Shown: positions 1-14,843, counted from the first letter of the stretch. The stretch: 64,000 nt of DNA from Candidatus Dadabacteria bacterium (GCA_009837205.1 VXTZ01000003.1:2263-66262), one strand, 5' to 3'. Translations and numbers: made by a program. Notes: generated by a model not told the origin, from the letters alone.

Positions 1-903
1 TTAAGAGGCGTGTCTTCGCCCGAGAGACACTGAAAACAGTACAAAACCGCGGAGGTGGTTACGCTCAGGGGGGCGTTGAGGCATCCTTTTACCTTCTTCG
101 AACTTCCTCTTAAGTCCACCACCGCCGCGTCCCCGCTTATTTCTATCTTTACCTGTATCGGTATATTGCTCGTTCCCGCCCCGTCGTCTTCAAGGTAGTC
201 GGTAAAGACGTAATCGCCGTCCGGTATTTTCTCTATGGCGTTTCTAACGAGCCTCTCCCCGTAGTCAAGAAGCCCGGAAGCGGCCTGGTTTATTTTCGAA
301 AGAGAATATTTTTCGAGAAGCTCCCGCATCCTTTTCTCCCCGGTATCAAGCGAGGCTATCTGCGCCCGAAGATCCCCTTCTCTTTCCTCATGATCCCTGG
401 TCGAGAGGATTATCTCCTGGAGCAGGGTTTCTTTCAGTATTCCTTCTTCCCGTATCCTCGTCGGGGGTATGATGATTCCCTCTTCGTGGATTGTCGTTGA
501 AAGCGGCATGGACCCCGGGGTATCGCCCCCTATGTCAGCGTGGTGGGCCCGCGAGGCAAGCAGAAACTCGGGCTTCCCATGAACGAACACGGGTGCTACG
601 CACGTTACGTCGGGAAGATGCGTTCCGCCGCGGAAAGGGTCGTTAAGTATGAAGACATCTCCCGGGGAGAGGTTCTCCGTCGCTACCGACCTTGCGGCAA
701 ACGACATTGATCCCAGGTGTATGGGGATATGGGCCGCCTGGGCGATCATTTCTCCGTCTGAGTTGAATATGGCGCAGGAAAGATCCCTTCTTTCCTTTAT
801 GTTGGGAGAGAATCCCGCCCTTACGAGAACAGAACCCATCTCCTCGGCAATTGTTCCGAGAAGGTTGTTGAAGATCTCGAGCTCGAAAAGTCTTAGTTCC
901 ATA
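1..903 (-). CDS. N-methylhydantoinase B / 5-oxoprolinase (HyuB) family protein, N-terminal ~300 aa; the gene runs out of the window
   Basis: Minus-strand frame opens at ATG 903..901 and stays open to coordinate 1; it is absent from the ORF track because no stop lies in the window. The translation MELRLFELEIFNNLLGTIAEEMGSVLVRAGFSPNIKERRDLSCAIFNSDGEMIAQAAHIPIHLGSM... matches the hydantoinase B N-terminus, including the HLGSM motif. The listed plus ORF 649..915 is its antisense shadow. Confidence 0.7.
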
Positions 904-979
904 CGGGCAAGATAATAACCAATTTAAGGATTACCCGTGTGAGAAGCAGGATTCGGAGTGGCAGTTGAGTCTCGCGGCT

Positions 980-1813
980 TTACGAGATTACGCTTTTTAG
1001 CGCTTCTCCCATCTCGGCCGGGCTTTTGCAGGTGGTGACTCCGGCGCGCTCGAGGGCACGGAACTTGTCCTCGGCGCTTCCCGAACTCCCTGAGATAATG
1101 GCTCCCGCGTGGCCCATTCTTTTCCCTTTGGGCGCCGTGGCTCCCGCGATGAACGCGGCTATGGGCTTCGTGAAGTTCTGGCTTATGTATTCGGCCGCCT
1201 CTTCTTCATCAGACCCACCGATTTCCCCTATCATTACCACCGCGTCTGTGTCCGGATCGTTCTCATAGAGCGAAAGCGCGTCGATAAACGTAGTTCCGAT
1301 CACCGGGTCGCCGCCTATGCCGATGCATGTCGATTGTCCTATGTCGAGGTTGGTAAGCTGCCATACGGCCTCGTAGGTAAGTGTTCCGCTTCTTGAGATT
1401 ATTCCCACTCTTCCGGGTTTGTGGATGTACCCAGGCATTATTCCCACCTTGGCCTCCCCGGGGGTTATCACGCCCGGGCAGTTGGGTCCAACGAGCCTAG
1501 AGTCAGAACCCCTCATGTACTCCTTTACCCTTACAACGTCCAGGGTGGGTATTCCCTCGGTTATGCAGATTACAAGCTCCACGCCTGAATCGAGGGCCTC
1601 GAGCATCGAGTCCATCGCAAACGCTGCAGGAACGAACACAAGGGACACGTCCGCTCCGGTTTCCCGCACCGCTTCAGACATGGTGTCGAAAACCGGGAAT
1701 CCCTCGACGCTGCTTCCGCCTTTTCCCGGAGTGACGCCGCCAACGACGTTGGTTCCGTACTCGCGGCACTGGGTCGCGTGGAAAAGCCCGGCGCTTCCCG
1801 TTATTCCCTGCAC
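980..1813 (-). CDS. sucD: succinyl-CoA synthetase alpha subunit
   Basis: Near-collinear with E. coli SucD ([60 protein letters not shown]). The only canonical start is GTG 1813, but in-frame residues [12 protein letters not shown] upstream also match SucD, so the true start is probably further upstream (see finding). Confidence 0.9.
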   Translation of the reverse strand: MQGITGSAGLFHATQCREYGTNVVGGVTPGKGGSSVEGFPVFDTMSEAVRETGADVSLVFVPAAFAMDSMLEALDSGVELVICITEGIPTLDVVRVKEYMRGSDSRLVGPNCPGVITPGEAKVGIMPGYIHKPGRVGIISRSGTLTYEAVWQLTNLDIGQSTCIGIGGDPVIGTTFIDALSLYENDPDTDAVVMIGEIGGSDEEEAAEYISQNFTKPIAAFIAGATAPKGKRMGHAGAIISGSSGSAEDKFRALERAGVTTCKSPAEMGEALKSVIS

Positions 1814-2144
1814 GAGGACTTTTGAGTCTTTATTTACAAGAATGCTTATTTTCCCGGTTCTCTCTGTTGGGTTTCATTGTTTTTCAAATGAGGGGGGAAC
1901 TATAACATGCCCGATCCGTTTTTTCAAAGTTCCCTGCTCCGGGTCTGCAAAGATGACGAAGGATATCCTGCAGTCCTGAAACGTCTTTTTTAAAAGGGTG
2001 CTCAGCGACAGTCCTCAGAACATTGTTGCCTAGTTCGGGGGAGGGCCTTATAAGCGGTTTTCTGTGAAGGACGCACTGCTTCTTCTAGGGCTTACCGTTT
2101 CGTATCATACTAAAACTACTTATAAATTGTTACAATGCCCGTTC

Positions 2145-2765
2145 ATGGCCAAGCCACCGCCTAGAACGGGCGGAATGATACAGATATATAAAATCAGCTT
2201 TCCTGACGGGTCGGCTTACGTTGGGCAGACAAGACAGCCGGTTTCCTCCCGACTCGCGCAGCATCGGCGGTCGAACCCATGCAATTCGATTCTGCACCGA
2301 AATCTTCTGATAATGAAGCCGACTGTTGAAGTCCTCTCTCGCCACCGAAAGCAGGAGGTTGCCGACCGGGAGGAAAGAAAGTGGATCATGGGGCTTGAGA
2401 AACCGATAAACAGATATGTTGACGGGAAGCAGGTCAACGTGAATCCCGAAGCGCCGTCGTTGCGTGACAACAGGTGGCCTAAAGAAAGAAACCGGCGAAA
2501 GAGGCCCAAGTATCCTCGTAGAGACAGCGGTTATCACGTTTGTTCTTGGTGTTGGCGAAAACTTCCCGTGTCGGAATTCTATTCGGACTGCTGCAGGTCG
2601 GTTGGTCTCTCAAGCCGGTGCAAGAGATGCGCTGAAGCCGAGAGCAGGGCCCGTCGAGAGGCGATAAGAAAAAGAGGAGATACTTCCGTCGCTTATTTCC
2701 AGACGAAGCTAGCGTGTCAGGCACTGCGGACGACGAAAACCCGACCGGTGGTTAAAGTTGTATGA
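2145..2765 (+). CDS. GIY-YIG nuclease-domain protein with a Cys-rich C-terminal region (homing-endonuclease-like)
   Basis: IYKISFPDGSAYVGQT...RLAQHRR...EERKWI...NRYVDG reproduces the GIY-YIG core. The C-terminal half has HVCSWC...CC...CKRC cysteine spacing and a basic tail. Start is ambiguous (GTG 2064, ATG 2145 or ATG 2175); a TATAAAT-like -10 lies at about 2120. Confidence 0.65.
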   Translation: MAKPPPRTGGMIQIYKISFPDGSAYVGQTRQPVSSRLAQHRRSNPCNSILHRNLLIMKPTVEVLSRHRKQEVADREERKWIMGLEKPINRYVDGKQVNVNPEAPSLRDNRWPKERNRRKRPKYPRRDSGYHVCSWCWRKLPVSEFYSDCCRSVGLSSRCKRCAEAESRARREAIRKRGDTSVAYFQTKLACQALRTTKTRPVVKVV

Positions 2766-2811
2766 GAAATAAAAGGGTATCCGGGCATGAGTCTCGGGAC
2801 CCGGTGGAACT

Positions 2812-3684
2812 CTATTCTATATTCTGAATCTGTTCCCGTATTTTCTCGAGTTCAAGGCGTACGCCTATTGTAAGGTGCGAGATTCCCGCGTCCTTGCATT
2901 TCGCCGATATCGTTCCCGCCTCCCTGTTCATTTCTTGGACTAGAAAGTCAAGCTCCTTCCCTACGGCCCCCTTTTTCCTGGCGGTTTTCCTGAACTTTGA
3001 GATATGAGCCTCAAGCCTTACGATTTCCTCGTCAATTTCGCTTTTCTCCGTGATTATTGCTGCGGCTTCCTGGGAGAGAATAGGGTCGTTCTTGTGCTTT
3101 GAGGAGAAGATTTTCTCGATTTTCTCCTTAGTCTTTTTGTCGGATTTCTTTATGAATTCCTTTCTTTTTTTCTTTATGCCGTCAACAGTTTTTCTTATGA
3201 CCTCCAGACGCCCGAGTATGGATTTTTCAAGTTTCTGCCCCTCGATTTCCCGGCTTTTGTTGAACTTTACGAGAGTTTTTGCGACCGCTTCCTTGATTCT
3301 GGCTTCCGTCTCCCTTGAGACCTCTGGTCCGGCGTGGCTTTCAAAGGAGTTCTCCATCATGAGCAGGTGCTCAATTCCTATCTCCGTTTTGAGCCCCAGG
3401 GCGGAATTGATTCTTTTGAGGGAACTGTGATTTTCCCGGAGAACCTTTTCGGATAACTGCTGTCTTTCCTTTCTGTTTGTCTGCACGGAAAGCCTGAGGC
3501 GGAGTTTCCCCCTCTGAATCGAGTTCTTCAGCCTGTCTTCAATGGTGGTTTCCATGTGGAGTAACGATTCGGGAACGCTGGCCTTGACGTCAAGGAACCT
3601 GTGGTTCTCCGACCGCATGTCCACCATGATCTTTCCGATCTCCGTGCTTACGGATGATTCCGCGAAACCTGTCATGCTTTTCAT
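2812..3684 (-). CDS. yicC: YicC-family protein (YicC N-terminal domain plus DUF1732; stress-induced endoribonuclease family)
   Basis: From the internal Met, MKSMTGFAE... aligns with E. coli YicC MIRSMTAYA... and the length (~290 aa) fits. The C-terminus ...DFLVQEMNREAGTISAKCKDAGISHL... is typical of DUF1732. The track ORF extends to 3759 from an upstream Met. Confidence 0.75.
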   Translation of the reverse strand: MKSMTGFAESSVSTEIGKIMVDMRSENHRFLDVKASVPESLLHMETTIEDRLKNSIQRGKLRLRLSVQTNRKERQQLSEKVLRENHSSLKRINSALGLKTEIGIEHLLMMENSFESHAGPEVSRETEARIKEAVAKTLVKFNKSREIEGQKLEKSILGRLEVIRKTVDGIKKKRKEFIKKSDKKTKEKIEKIFSSKHKNDPILSQEAAAIITEKSEIDEEIVRLEAHISKFRKTARKKGAVGKELDFLVQEMNREAGTISAKCKDAGISHLTIGVRLELEKIREQIQNIE

Positions 3685-3869
3685 GATAGTTTTCTCTTTT
3701 TCCTGTATCCGTTTTCTTTTTTCCCAAGCAGGATACCCGCAACGGGTTCCGCTTCGCAACCGCCGCCGGGTGTGCAGAGAAAACCGCTGCGCATGTCGCC
3801 GAAACTTGCCTGCGCCATTTTTCTCGTTTAACTTCTTAGTTTATTCACAGGATCTCCAGTTCCCGCTCC

Positions 3870-4343
3870 ATGAGAAAAACTTATCTTTTCGTTCTGCCAT
3901 TGCTGCTTCTTTTTGCTTCCTGCGCCATTCCCGTGCGGAGTCAAGACGCAAGAAGGCCGCAGCCGAAGGTTTCCGCCACCAGCGTCGTGAAATCTTTTCT
4001 CGAGGCGCTTAAGGAGCGGGACTTTAAATCCGCTTACGACAAGATCCATATATTCAGTTCCGACCGCGAGGGTTACGTGAGCAGGTTCGAGCTTCTTTAC
4101 GAGCGCTACGACATCAGGATAGTTGACTACAGGGTCCTGGCGACCCAGCTTTTCAAGGACACCGCCATAGTGGTTGCAGAAGTGGAGGTCGACTACAGGG
4201 AGCCGGGCGAAGACAAGCGTCAGAGGGCCAGATACACAAACCGCTACGATCTTTCCATACCCGAAAAAGAATGGAAGATAATGAAGGACGAGTGCATTGA
4301 GAACTGCAGTTACGGACCGCAGGGCGGAGACGGAGGAGGCTAA
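3870..4343 (+). CDS. hypothetical lipoprotein
   Basis: Signal peptide with lipobox (LLLLFASC); small globular domain of no family I can name. Confidence 0.5.
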   Translation: MRKTYLFVLPLLLLFASCAIPVRSQDARRPQPKVSATSVVKSFLEALKERDFKSAYDKIHIFSSDREGYVSRFELLYERYDIRIVDYRVLATQLFKDTAIVVAEVEVDYREPGEDKRQRARYTNRYDLSIPEKEWKIMKDECIENCSYGPQGGDGGG

Positions 4344-4344
4344 G

Positions 4345-6275
<1,931 letters not shown>

Positions 6276-6653
6276 TTGAAAAAACTAGCTTTTGCCGCTA
6301 CTACAGCCCTTTTTCTTTTATCATGCATGCCTCCCGGGACCGGGCAGGGAGGAACGGGGGGAACTCCGTTCTCGGCCATACTCCCGTTCGTTTTAATATT
6401 CGCCCTTTTCTACTTTCTTATAATAAGACCCCAGCAGCGCCAGAGCCGTGAGCGCAAGAAAATGCTCGCCGAGGTAAAAAGAGGCGACAGCATTGTTACC
6501 ACCGGTGGCATATACGGCAGGGTGATAAACGTCGACGGGGACGAGCTCACGGTCGAGATAGCTAAAGGCATCAACATAAAAATGGTCCGCTCCGGGATCT
6601 CGGAGAAGACCGATTCCGGGGCCGCTGAAGGCAAATCCAAAGGGGGCAGCTGA
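6276..6653 (+). CDS. yajC: preprotein translocase subunit YajC
   Basis: TM helix followed by IIRPQQRQ...GDSIVTTGGIYGRVINVDGDELTVEI, the YajC signature; sits directly upstream of secD. Confidence 0.85.
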   Translation: MKKLAFAATTALFLLSCMPPGTGQGGTGGTPFSAILPFVLIFALFYFLIIRPQQRQSRERKKMLAEVKRGDSIVTTGGIYGRVINVDGDELTVEIAKGINIKMVRSGISEKTDSGAAEGKSKGGS

Positions 6654-6657
6654 TTAA

Positions 6658-8259
6658 ATGAAAGGCGTGTCCCGTCTTTGGATTAGCGTTATCGTTCTTT
6701 TCTCATTTCTCTGCGTAATACTCCTTACGCCTACCTTCATGGGCGACAAGCTTCCCTCGTGGTGGGGAAAGGTTTTCTCAAGCAAGGGGATAAGCCTCGG
6801 GCTTGATCTTGAGGGAGGGATATTTCTTCTTCTCGGAGTAGAGACCGAAGAGGGCGTGGAGCAGGAAATGCTCATAGTTGAGGAAGCCCTAGTATCGAAA
6901 TTCAGAGAGAACAGGATTCTCGTTAAGAACTCCTCTGTTTCGGACGGAACCCTCACGATCGGCCTTTTCCCAGGCGCGGATATGGACAAGGCGCTTGAGG
7001 TTGCACGCGACGAGTTTGAAAAGGTGGCGAATATAAGTTCCGACGGCTTTCTGGTTAGGCTCTCGATAAAGCCGTCCTACGTGGATGAGCTTGAGCGAAA
7101 TTCAATAGAGAGGGTCCGCCACATAATAGAGAACCGCGTTAAGGATTTCGGCCTCGTCGAGCCGAGCATACAGAAATCAGGCGAAGACAGGATCCTGGTG
7201 CAGGTGCCGGGCGCTTCCAAAAAAGACAGGCAGAGAATAGTTAACCTGATCAAAAAGACGGCTGTTTTGGAATTCAAGATCGTAAGGGCGGCCGGGGTGT
7301 CGCAGGAGAACCTGCTTGCTGCTGCTGAAGCCGGGACCAAGAGGCAGCTTGCGGAAAAAGGCCTTGCCATCCACGAGGGAGACACCGGGAACGAGAACGA
7401 AAAGTTTTTCCTGACCGACAGGCTTGCGAGCGTGACGGGGGAGTATATCTCGGATGCCCGGATAACGTTTGACAATTACGGAAACCCGGCGGTCGGATTC
7501 ACGTTCAGGGGGGAGGGCGCGAGCAAGTTCGGAAAGCTTACCGAGGCTAACATCGGCGAACGTCTGGCGATAGTTCTTGACGGCGTGATAAAGTCAGCTC
7601 CCACAATCCAGGACAAGATAACCTATCAGGGCACGATAACCGGCACTTTCACCACGGAGGAGGCAAAAGACCTCGCGCTTATCCTGAGGTCAGGTTCCCT
7701 TCCGGTTCCCGTGAGGGTCGAGCAGGAAAGGACCGTAGGTCCTTCCCTGGGGCAGGACTCGATAGAGAAGGGGAGATTCTCCATGATCGTCGGCGGCATA
7801 CTTGTTCTAGTGTTCATGGTCTTTTTCTACAGGATGCAGGGTGTTGTAGCGAACGCCGCGCTTGTGCTCAACATACTTTTCATAATGGGTTTTCTCTCCG
7901 CCTTCGGCGTTACGCTTACGCTTCCCGGCATAGCGGGACTCGTTTTGACGCTCGGCATGGCGGTCGACGGAAACATCATCATATTCGAGAGGATAAAAGA
8001 GGAACTCATGGCCGGCAAAACCGCGGTTCACTCGATTGAAACGGGATACGCGAGATCCGTCTGGACCATACTTGATGCGAACGTCACGACGCTTCTTACG
8101 GCGCTTATACTCTTCTGGCTGGGCACCGGCCCCGTAAAAGGTTTTGCGGCAACGCTTTCAATCGGAATAGTGTCGACCGTTTTCAGCAACCTGATTGTGG
8201 CGAGAGTCTTTACGAACATGCTTTACAGAGACAAGAATCTAACGGAAGTAAGTATCTGA
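6658..8259 (+). CDS. secD: protein translocase subunit SecD
   Basis: 533 aa; large periplasmic domain followed by a 6-TM SecD/SecF C-terminal domain (LTLPGIAGLVLTLGMAVDGNIIIFERIKEE). Confidence 0.9.
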   Translation: MKGVSRLWISVIVLFSFLCVILLTPTFMGDKLPSWWGKVFSSKGISLGLDLEGGIFLLLGVETEEGVEQEMLIVEEALVSKFRENRILVKNSSVSDGTLTIGLFPGADMDKALEVARDEFEKVANISSDGFLVRLSIKPSYVDELERNSIERVRHIIENRVKDFGLVEPSIQKSGEDRILVQVPGASKKDRQRIVNLIKKTAVLEFKIVRAAGVSQENLLAAAEAGTKRQLAEKGLAIHEGDTGNENEKFFLTDRLASVTGEYISDARITFDNYGNPAVGFTFRGEGASKFGKLTEANIGERLAIVLDGVIKSAPTIQDKITYQGTITGTFTTEEAKDLALILRSGSLPVPVRVEQERTVGPSLGQDSIEKGRFSMIVGGILVLVFMVFFYRMQGVVANAALVLNILFIMGFLSAFGVTLTLPGIAGLVLTLGMAVDGNIIIFERIKEELMAGKTAVHSIETGYARSVWTILDANVTTLLTALILFWLGTGPVKGFAATLSIGIVSTVFSNLIVARVFTNMLYRDKNLTEVSI

Positions 8260-8269
8260 GGGTACGCGA

Positions 8270-9181
8270 GTGCGGATTATAGGAAAACTGAGTTACGATT
8301 TTGTGGATAAGATGGGGGGCGCGATGCGTATTTCCATCGCACTTGTGGTTATCTCCATCGCCTCCCTTCTGTATCACCAGGGCCCTAACTGGGGAGTAGA
8401 GTTCACCGGCGGGACGGAGATACATATAAAGCTCGCAAAGAGCCTTGAGACCGAAGTTCTCAAAGGTGCGCTTGCCGAGAACGGCTTTCCCTCAGAATCG
8501 GTTCAGCGCTTCGGCCTTCCGGGCGACAACGAGCACCTGATACAGTTTGCGCCGGAACTTGCGACTTTTGACCAGATAGGGGATTTTCAGAAAAAGCTGG
8601 AAGACCTCTTCGCCACGTCAGAAAATTTTGAGGGAGCCTCCATCCAGAGAATAGACTACATAGGCCCCAGGGTGGGTAAGGAGCTCATAACCAAGGCCCT
8701 TTTATCCATACTGATTGCGTGCGTCGGCATACTCGCCTACTTGGTGTTCAGGTTTGAATTCGGTTTTGCCGTGGGAGCAGTTATCGCCCTTCTTCACGAT
8801 ACCCTTATAACCGTTGGGGCCATATCGATCGCGGACAAGGAGTTCACCCTTGCGATCGTAGCTGCGCTTCTGACCGTGATAGGTTATTCGGTTAACGACA
8901 CAATCGTCATATTTGACAGGATAAGGGAGAACATGGGGAATTTCCCCGAAAAGGGCTTCAGGGAACTTGTTAACGATGGAATAAGCCAGACGCTCTCGCG
9001 TACGTTGCTCACGGCTATAACGGTATTCATAGTGCTCCTTCCGCTCTTTTTCCTCGGCGGCTCGGTAATACACGATTTCGCCTTTACCCTTATGGTTGGG
9101 GTCGTTATAGGAACCTACTCGTCGATTTTCGTGGCGAGTGCCTTCGTGGTCTACTGGAGAAAAAGAAAGGCTGCCGGATAG
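8270..9181 (+). CDS. secF: protein translocase subunit SecF
   Basis: GTG start. NWGVEFTGGTEIHIKL aligns with the SecF NWGLDFTGGT motif; C-terminal SecD/F TM domain (HDTLITVG...VNDTIVIFDRIREN). Confidence 0.9.
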   Translation: MRIIGKLSYDFVDKMGGAMRISIALVVISIASLLYHQGPNWGVEFTGGTEIHIKLAKSLETEVLKGALAENGFPSESVQRFGLPGDNEHLIQFAPELATFDQIGDFQKKLEDLFATSENFEGASIQRIDYIGPRVGKELITKALLSILIACVGILAYLVFRFEFGFAVGAVIALLHDTLITVGAISIADKEFTLAIVAALLTVIGYSVNDTIVIFDRIRENMGNFPEKGFRELVNDGISQTLSRTLLTAITVFIVLLPLFFLGGSVIHDFAFTLMVGVVIGTYSSIFVASAFVVYWRKRKAAG

Positions 9182-9297
9182 AAGCCGCGCTTTGGCGGAT
9201 GGCCCCGTCGAAAGCTGGTTCCGCGCTTTGATAATCGCTCTCATAACGGTTAAATATTTCCCGTTTTGTTTCTTAAAATAGATAACTCGTTCACATC

Positions 9298-10317
9298 ATG
9301 CAAGAAGCGCTTGAGCAGATAAGAAACCAGATAGATTCTGACCTTGAGGGGGTCTCTACAGAGGCCGATCTCGTCAGGGTTAAGGCAAGCTACGTTGGGA
9401 AGAAGGGGTCCCTCACGCAGCTCCTAAAATCCATGAAGGACCTTCCCGCTTCCGAGCGTCGCCAGGCGGGCATTCTCATAAACGGAACCAAAAAGGAAGT
9501 CGAGGAGCTGATCGAGAGAAAATCCGACGAGATAAAGCGCAGAGCGATGGATGAAAAGCTCCTTGAGGAGGCAACCGACTTCACTCTCCCAGGGCGTGGA
9601 ATGCCGGTTGGAGCCAAGCATCCCATAACTCAGGTGATGGAGCGCATCGTCTATGATTTTGAGAGGATGGGATTCGAAGTCGCCGAGGGTCCCGAGGTCG
9701 AGCTTGACTACTACAATTTCGAGGCGCTTAACATACCGAAAAACCACCCTGCAAGGGATATGCAGGACACTTTCTACATAACTGATGACATGGTCTTAAG
9801 AACCCACACCTCGCCGGTGCAGATACGGATCATGCAGACCCAGCAGCCTCCCGTGAAGATAATAGCTCCCGGAAAGGTTTACCGGTGCGACAGCGACGTT
9901 TCCCACACCCCTATGTTCCACCAGATAGAGGGTCTTCTCGTTGACAAGGGGATAACTTTCGGAAACCTGAAATCCGTCATCATTCAGTTCGTGAAACTCA
10001 CTTTCGGCGATGATACGAACGTAAGGTTCCGCCCGAGTTTCTTTCCCTTCACCGAGCCTAGCGCCGAGGTGGACATAGAGTGTCAGATATGTTCCGGCAA
10101 CGGATGCAGGGTATGCAAGGGTACAGGATGGCTTGAAATAATGGGATGTGGAATGGTCGATCCCGCGGTTTTCTCAAGCGTTAACTACAACACTGACATC
10201 TACTCGGGTTTTGCCTTCGGCATGGGGGTTGAGAGAATCGCCATGCTTAAGTACGGAATAAACGACATAAGGCTTTTCTTTGAAAACGATGTAAGGTTTT
10301 TGAGGCAGTTCGTATAA
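9298..10317 (+). CDS. pheS: phenylalanine--tRNA ligase alpha subunit
   Basis: Class II motifs FRPSFFPFTEPSAEVD and GFAFGMGVERIAML; 339 aa. Confidence 0.9.
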   Translation: MQEALEQIRNQIDSDLEGVSTEADLVRVKASYVGKKGSLTQLLKSMKDLPASERRQAGILINGTKKEVEELIERKSDEIKRRAMDEKLLEEATDFTLPGRGMPVGAKHPITQVMERIVYDFERMGFEVAEGPEVELDYYNFEALNIPKNHPARDMQDTFYITDDMVLRTHTSPVQIRIMQTQQPPVKIIAPGKVYRCDSDVSHTPMFHQIEGLLVDKGITFGNLKSVIIQFVKLTFGDDTNVRFRPSFFPFTEPSAEVDIECQICSGNGCRVCKGTGWLEIMGCGMVDPAVFSSVNYNTDIYSGFAFGMGVERIAMLKYGINDIRLFFENDVRFLRQFV

Positions 10318-10494
10318 TTTTTTTGCAGGGCCCCAGTCATGTGTGAGGCACCGTTTTTTATGGATCGCTTCATTTTAGTGCATGAAAACCACCGGATTAG
10401 ACAGCTTTTCCGAGTTTTAAAAATATCTTTATATATGAGGGTAATACGAATCAGATATTAAACAAGATTCGAGAAAACAGAAAGGAGAACACCA

Positions 10495-11058
10495 ATGGGA
10501 ATCAAACCTGATCACTGGATAAGGAAAATGGCGCTTGAGCACAAGATGATAGACCCTTTTGTTGAAGGGCAGGTAAGCAAGGGCGTCATATCGTACGGCC
10601 TTTCCTCTTACGGCTACGATATCAGGGTAAGCAATGAGTTCAAGGTGTTTACCAACCTGCACAGTGCCGTCGTTGACCCTAAGAATTTTGATCCCAATTC
10701 CTTTGTGGAGATAGAGAACGATTACTGCATAATTCCACCAAACTCCTTTGCGCTTGCAAAGACCGTTGAGTATTTCAGGATACCCAGAAGCACAGTTACC
10801 GTGTGCGTCGGTAAATCCACTTACGCAAGGTGCGGGATAATCGTTAACGTCACCCCATTTGAACCCGAGTGGGAGGGATACGTGACGCTTGAGATCTCAA
10901 ATACAACCCCCATTCCCGCGAAGATATATTCAAACGAGGGAATCGCCCAGGTGCTCTTTTTTGAGGGTGATGAGGAATGCCAGATCTCCTATGCGGACAA
11001 GAAGGGAAAATACCAGAAACAGACCGGAATCACGCATCCGAAAATTTCCCAGGGATAA
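10495..11058 (+). CDS. dcd: dCTP deaminase
   Basis: [13 protein letters not shown]...[21 protein letters not shown]... is the typical Dcd (dUTPase-fold) N-terminus. RBS AAAGGAGAA lies 6 nt upstream. Confidence 0.85.
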   Translation: MGIKPDHWIRKMALEHKMIDPFVEGQVSKGVISYGLSSYGYDIRVSNEFKVFTNLHSAVVDPKNFDPNSFVEIENDYCIIPPNSFALAKTVEYFRIPRSTVTVCVGKSTYARCGIIVNVTPFEPEWEGYVTLEISNTTPIPAKIYSNEGIAQVLFFEGDEECQISYADKKGKYQKQTGITHPKISQG

Positions 11059-11123
11059 GGTTCCGCGAAGTAATTTTGTCTTCGGGAGGCCGCTTAGACT
11101 GATTCCTCCTCAGAAAATTCTGA

Positions 11124-13700
<2,577 letters not shown>

Positions 13701-13793
13701 TAACACTCAGAACCGCTTTACTTCACCATAATTTATAAAACTTTCCGTGTGACTCTTAAGTTCGTGTGAGGACTTTTAAGAACGAGCTTTAGA

Positions 13794-14843
13794 CTAAAGA
13801 ATTCCCGAAACGATAAGAAAACTTATGAGAAGCAGGTTAGCTACTGCTAGGGGGAAAAGCCTCTTCCAGCCGAGGCTCATTACCTGATCATATCTGAACC
13901 TTGGCAAAGTCCATCTTACCCAGATAAACAGGAAGAGTAAGAAAAGGACTTTGCCGATAAAGACAGCTGGCGGCAGATACCAATGTGTGTTGATATCAAT
14001 GCCGAACCACCCTCCGAACGGTAAGGGATACCAACCACCCAAAAATAAACAAGTTATCATGCACGAAGCAACTATCATATGAGTATATTCAGCCATGAAG
14101 AACATTGCAAATTTTATGCTGCTGTATTCGGTGTGATAGCCGGCGACTATCTCGGGCTCGGCTTCCGGCATATCAAATGGAAGCCTGTTGGTTTCGGCAA
14201 ATGCGGAAACTACGAAAACCACAAAGCCTATAAAGGACGGGATTAAGAACCACATCTTCTCCTGCGCTTCGATTATGTCCCCGAGGCGAAGAGATCCCGT
14301 TATGGCGATTACCCCCAGTATGGACAGGCCCAGAGCGAGTTCATAGCTTATCATCTGCGCTGCGGCCCGAAGACCTCCCAGGAGCGAGTACTTGCTGTTA
14401 GAACCCCACCCGCCGAGCACCACGCCGTATACGCTGAGCGAACTTATTCCAAGCACGTAGAGAAGGCCGATGTTTATATCGGCTATCTGGAACCTTATGA
14501 ATACGGGATCTTGGAGAAATCCGAAGAGATCAGTATGAACCCCCTTTCCTATGGGAATCACGGCGAGGGCCGCAAGGGCCGTGACGAGCGCGAACGCCGG
14601 GGCCATTATGTACATGGTCTTGTTCGCTTTCGGGGGAATGATGTCTTCTTTGAATATGAACTTGATGCCGTCTGCAAGAGGCTGGAGCAGCCCCGAGGGC
14701 CCAACCCTGTTCGGTCCGTAGCGGTCCTGTATGAAGGCGCTTAACCTTCTTTCCGCGAAGGTTAAATAGGCAACAACCGTCAGGACGACGAAAAAAACAA
14801 GCGCTATCTTTGCGACCGCTATTGATATTAGAAGTGGAGTCAT
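13794..14843 (-). CDS. nuoH: NADH-quinone oxidoreductase subunit H
   Basis: 8-TM protein; N-terminal ERRLSAFIQDRYGPNRVGPSGLLQPLADGIKFIFKED is the NuoH/ND1 signature. Start overlaps the nuoG stop. Confidence 0.9.
   Translation of the reverse strand: MTPLLISIAVAKIALVFFVVLTVVAYLTFAERRLSAFIQDRYGPNRVGPSGLLQPLADGIKFIFKEDIIPPKANKTMYIMAPAFALVTALAALAVIPIGKGVHTDLFGFLQDPVFIRFQIADINIGLLYVLGISSLSVYGVVLGGWGSNSKYSLLGGLRAAAQMISYELALGLSILGVIAITGSLRLGDIIEAQEKMWFLIPSFIGFVVFVVSAFAETNRLPFDMPEAEPEIVAGYHTEYSSIKFAMFFMAEYTHMIVASCMITCLFLGGWYPLPFGGWFGIDINTHWYLPPAVFIGKVLFLLFLFIWVRWTLPRFRYDQVMSLGWKRLFPLAVANLLLISFLIVSGIL

Noticed and set aside
649-915. Plus-strand 88-aa ORF at the window start
   Set aside because: It lies antisense to a much better supported minus-strand hydantoinase B (HyuB) reading frame that is open to the window edge. 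Its translation is low-complexity and has no homology signal.
1861-2063. Stop-free minus-strand frame upstream of sucD that ends in TAA overlapping the sucD ATA codon (possible sucC 3' remnant)
   Set aside because: It has no start codon and no resemblance to the SucC C-terminus; about 200 nt of open frame can occur by chance. It is kept only as context for the sucD start anomaly.
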